DNA of 64,000 nucleotides from Candidatus Magasanikiibacteriota bacterium (GTDB lineage Bacteria; Patescibacteriota; Patescibacteriia; Magasanikbacterales; UBA922), in NCBI GenBank assembly GCA_003510435.1, contig DOMK01000010.1:41487-105486 (forward strand), given 5' to 3'. Both the position numbers and the translations under genes were made by a program. Below are positions 62,470 through 64,000 of this stretch, piece by piece. Below the pieces are notes generated by a model. The model ran no database searches. It saw only the letters and a list, made by a program, of their open reading frames with translations, and was not told the origin of the DNA. Within the stretch, counting starts at the first letter, position 1, and each line of letters begins with the position of its first letter.

Positions 62470-63855
62470 ATGATTTTACCAAAAATAAATATTCCCCAAA
62501 AACCAATATATATAAATGTAGCGACTGACATTGATTTTTTGGAATTATTTAGAAAAATTGAAAAAGAGTATGACAATTGTTTTATGTTTGAATCGCTTGG
62601 GGAGAAGAGTCGATCTTCACGTTATTCTGTAATTGGTTTTGCACCTGAGCATATTATACGAGCAAAAAATAATGATTTGTACTTTGATGAACAAAAATTT
62701 ACAGTGAAAAATCCTTATGAATCTTTGCGTGAAATAGTACCCCAAGACATTATTAGCCGGCGTTATGCTGGTGGGCTGGTTGGTTATCTTAGTTATGAAG
62801 CAGTAAATTATTTTGAACCAAATCTTAATGTAAAAATTCATGACAAGTTTGACCAGTTTATGTTTGGAGTTTATACCGATGGTTTGGTTTTTGATAACGT
62901 GACAAATCAATTGTTTTATTTTTATTATTTTACCAATCGTTTGCCCGAGATAGAAATACTGATGAATAAAGAGATAAAAGATAAAGAACTTTTTGTTCAA
63001 TTTAGATCAGATTCTTTGTCAGAAACAGAACATTGCGCCCAGGTGGAAATAGTAAAAGAATATATTCGCGGGGGTTATACTTTTCAATGTGAAGTAGGTT
63101 TTAAAAGTGAATATGAGATAAGCGGAGATGCTTTTAAGATTTATGATAAACTTAGAAAAGTAAATCCGTCGCCTTATATGTATTATGTGAAATTTGGCGA
63201 CCCCGTAAAAAAGGACGGGGCAGGCATAAAATTGATTGGTGCTAGTCCAGAATTATTATTTAGTTTGACTCAGGGTGAAGTTGAGACACACCCTTTGGCT
63301 GGTACTATTAAACGGGGAAAAACTGATTTGGAAGACAGACAATTGGCTAGAAAATTATTAAATGATCCAAAAGAAATGGCTGAACACAATATGCTAGTGG
63401 ATATGCATCGTAATGATATTGGTAAAGTATCACAATTTGGCACAGTCAAAATTCGGTCTCTGATGGATATAAAAAAATTTAGCCATGTTCAGCATATTGG
63501 TAGTGAGATTAGTGGCATTATTGATTCACAACAAGATATGTTTTCTGGATTGGCCAGTTTGTTACCAGGCGGAGTATTGTGTGGTGCGCCAAAAATAGAA
63601 ACTATAAAAATTATTGATAGTATGGAAAAGCAGGCGCGCGGGCCATATGGTGGTGGGGTTGGTTTGTTTGGGTTTAATGGTGATGCGACTTTTGCTATCC
63701 CGATTCGCACTTTATTTATTGCGGACAAGTATGCCTATACCCAGACTTGTAGTGGGATAGTGTATGATTCTATTCCTTATAGAGAATATGATGAAATCCA
63801 GCGTAAACTGGCAGCGATGAAACAGACCTTAGGACAGTTTTGTTATTACATGTAA
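62470..63855 (+). CDS. anthranilate/aminodeoxychorismate synthase component I (TrpE/PabB family)
   Basis: Chorismate-binding motifs: LAGTIKRGKT, GAPK, GPYGG; track start 62347 runs through repeats, so the internal ATG at 62470 is preferred. Confidence 0.75.
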   Translation: MILPKINIPQKPIYINVATDIDFLELFRKIEKEYDNCFMFESLGEKSRSSRYSVIGFAPEHIIRAKNNDLYFDEQKFTVKNPYESLREIVPQDIISRRYAGGLVGYLSYEAVNYFEPNLNVKIHDKFDQFMFGVYTDGLVFDNVTNQLFYFYYFTNRLPEIEILMNKEIKDKELFVQFRSDSLSETEHCAQVEIVKEYIRGGYTFQCEVGFKSEYEISGDAFKIYDKLRKVNPSPYMYYVKFGDPVKKDGAGIKLIGASPELLFSLTQGEVETHPLAGTIKRGKTDLEDRQLARKLLNDPKEMAEHNMLVDMHRNDIGKVSQFGTVKIRSLMDIKKFSHVQHIGSEISGIIDSQQDMFSGLASLLPGGVLCGAPKIETIKIIDSMEKQARGPYGGGVGLFGFNGDATFAIPIRTLFIADKYAYTQTCSGIVYDSIPYREYDEIQRKLAAMKQTLGQFCYYM

Positions 63856-63859
63856 ATAT

Positions 63860-64000
63860 ATGAAAATATTAATAATAGACAATTTTGATTCTTTTACTTA
63901 CAACCTTTATCAATATGTGGGTGAATTGTTGCAGGCTAGAAAGATTAATTTTCAATTGGATGTAAAAAGAAATAATGAAATAAGTTTGGTTGAAATAAAA
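63860..64000 (+). CDS. glutamine amidotransferase component II (TrpG/PabA), N-terminal part; runs off window
   Basis: MKILIIDNFDSFTYNLYQYVGEL class-I GATase N-terminus, 4 nt after the component-I stop. Confidence 0.6.
   Translation, partial: MKILIIDNFDSFTYNLYQYVGELLQARKINFQLDVKRNNEISLVEIK

Overview
The window looks like a low-GC (about 30-35% GC) streamlined bacterial genome of CPR/Patescibacteria type. Native genes have AT-rich leaders, mostly no Shine-Dalgarno sequence, and near-consensus TTGACA-N17-TATAAT promoters, often with a TGTGGTATAAT extended -10.

Recognisable content, in order:
- ftsH 3' end, a PilB/GspE-type pilus ATPase, tandem GNAT acetyltransferases, thrS, miaB and miaA.
- A large minus-strand pyrimidine cluster, pyrF-pyrE-pyrK-pyrD-(ornithine carbamoyltransferase)-(EamA transporter)-pyrC-(carbamate kinase)-pyrI-pyrB, followed by an amidinotransferase-superfamily enzyme. 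Together these give arginine/agmatine-deiminase-like carbamoyl-phosphate chemistry embedded in pyr.
- NUDIX, gatB, and a thymidylate module tmk-folA-thyA-dut-(P-loop kinase)-dCMP deaminase.
- A split PEP-utiliser plus pyruvate-kinase-like pair.
- rplA, then a Kazal lipoprotein and a 2-hydroxyacid dehydrogenase, then rplK-nusG-secE, then a TrmB regulator.
- gyrB, rodA/ftsW, rplY, and prfA-(GT-C glycosyltransferase)-prmC.
- rpmE, secG, a family-5 substrate-binding protein, tRNA-Leu(CAG) and RNase J.
- A P63C phage-domain protein, a TrpR/YerC-like regulator with a GTACTAGTAC operator, and trpE/pabB-trpG/pabA.

Two things stand out.
- Four GC-rich (about 47-62% GC) single-gene cassettes sit at ~966-1700, ~41155-42000, ~44580-46330 and ~51588-52100. 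Each has its own consensus sigma70 promoter and a strong SD that native genes lack, which suggests domesticated foreign genes.
- At least six families of short palindromic, MITE-like dispersed repeats sit immediately 5' of start codons. Some of them supply 3' codons of genes, and one is inserted in-frame inside prmC.

No rRNA and no CRISPR array were seen.
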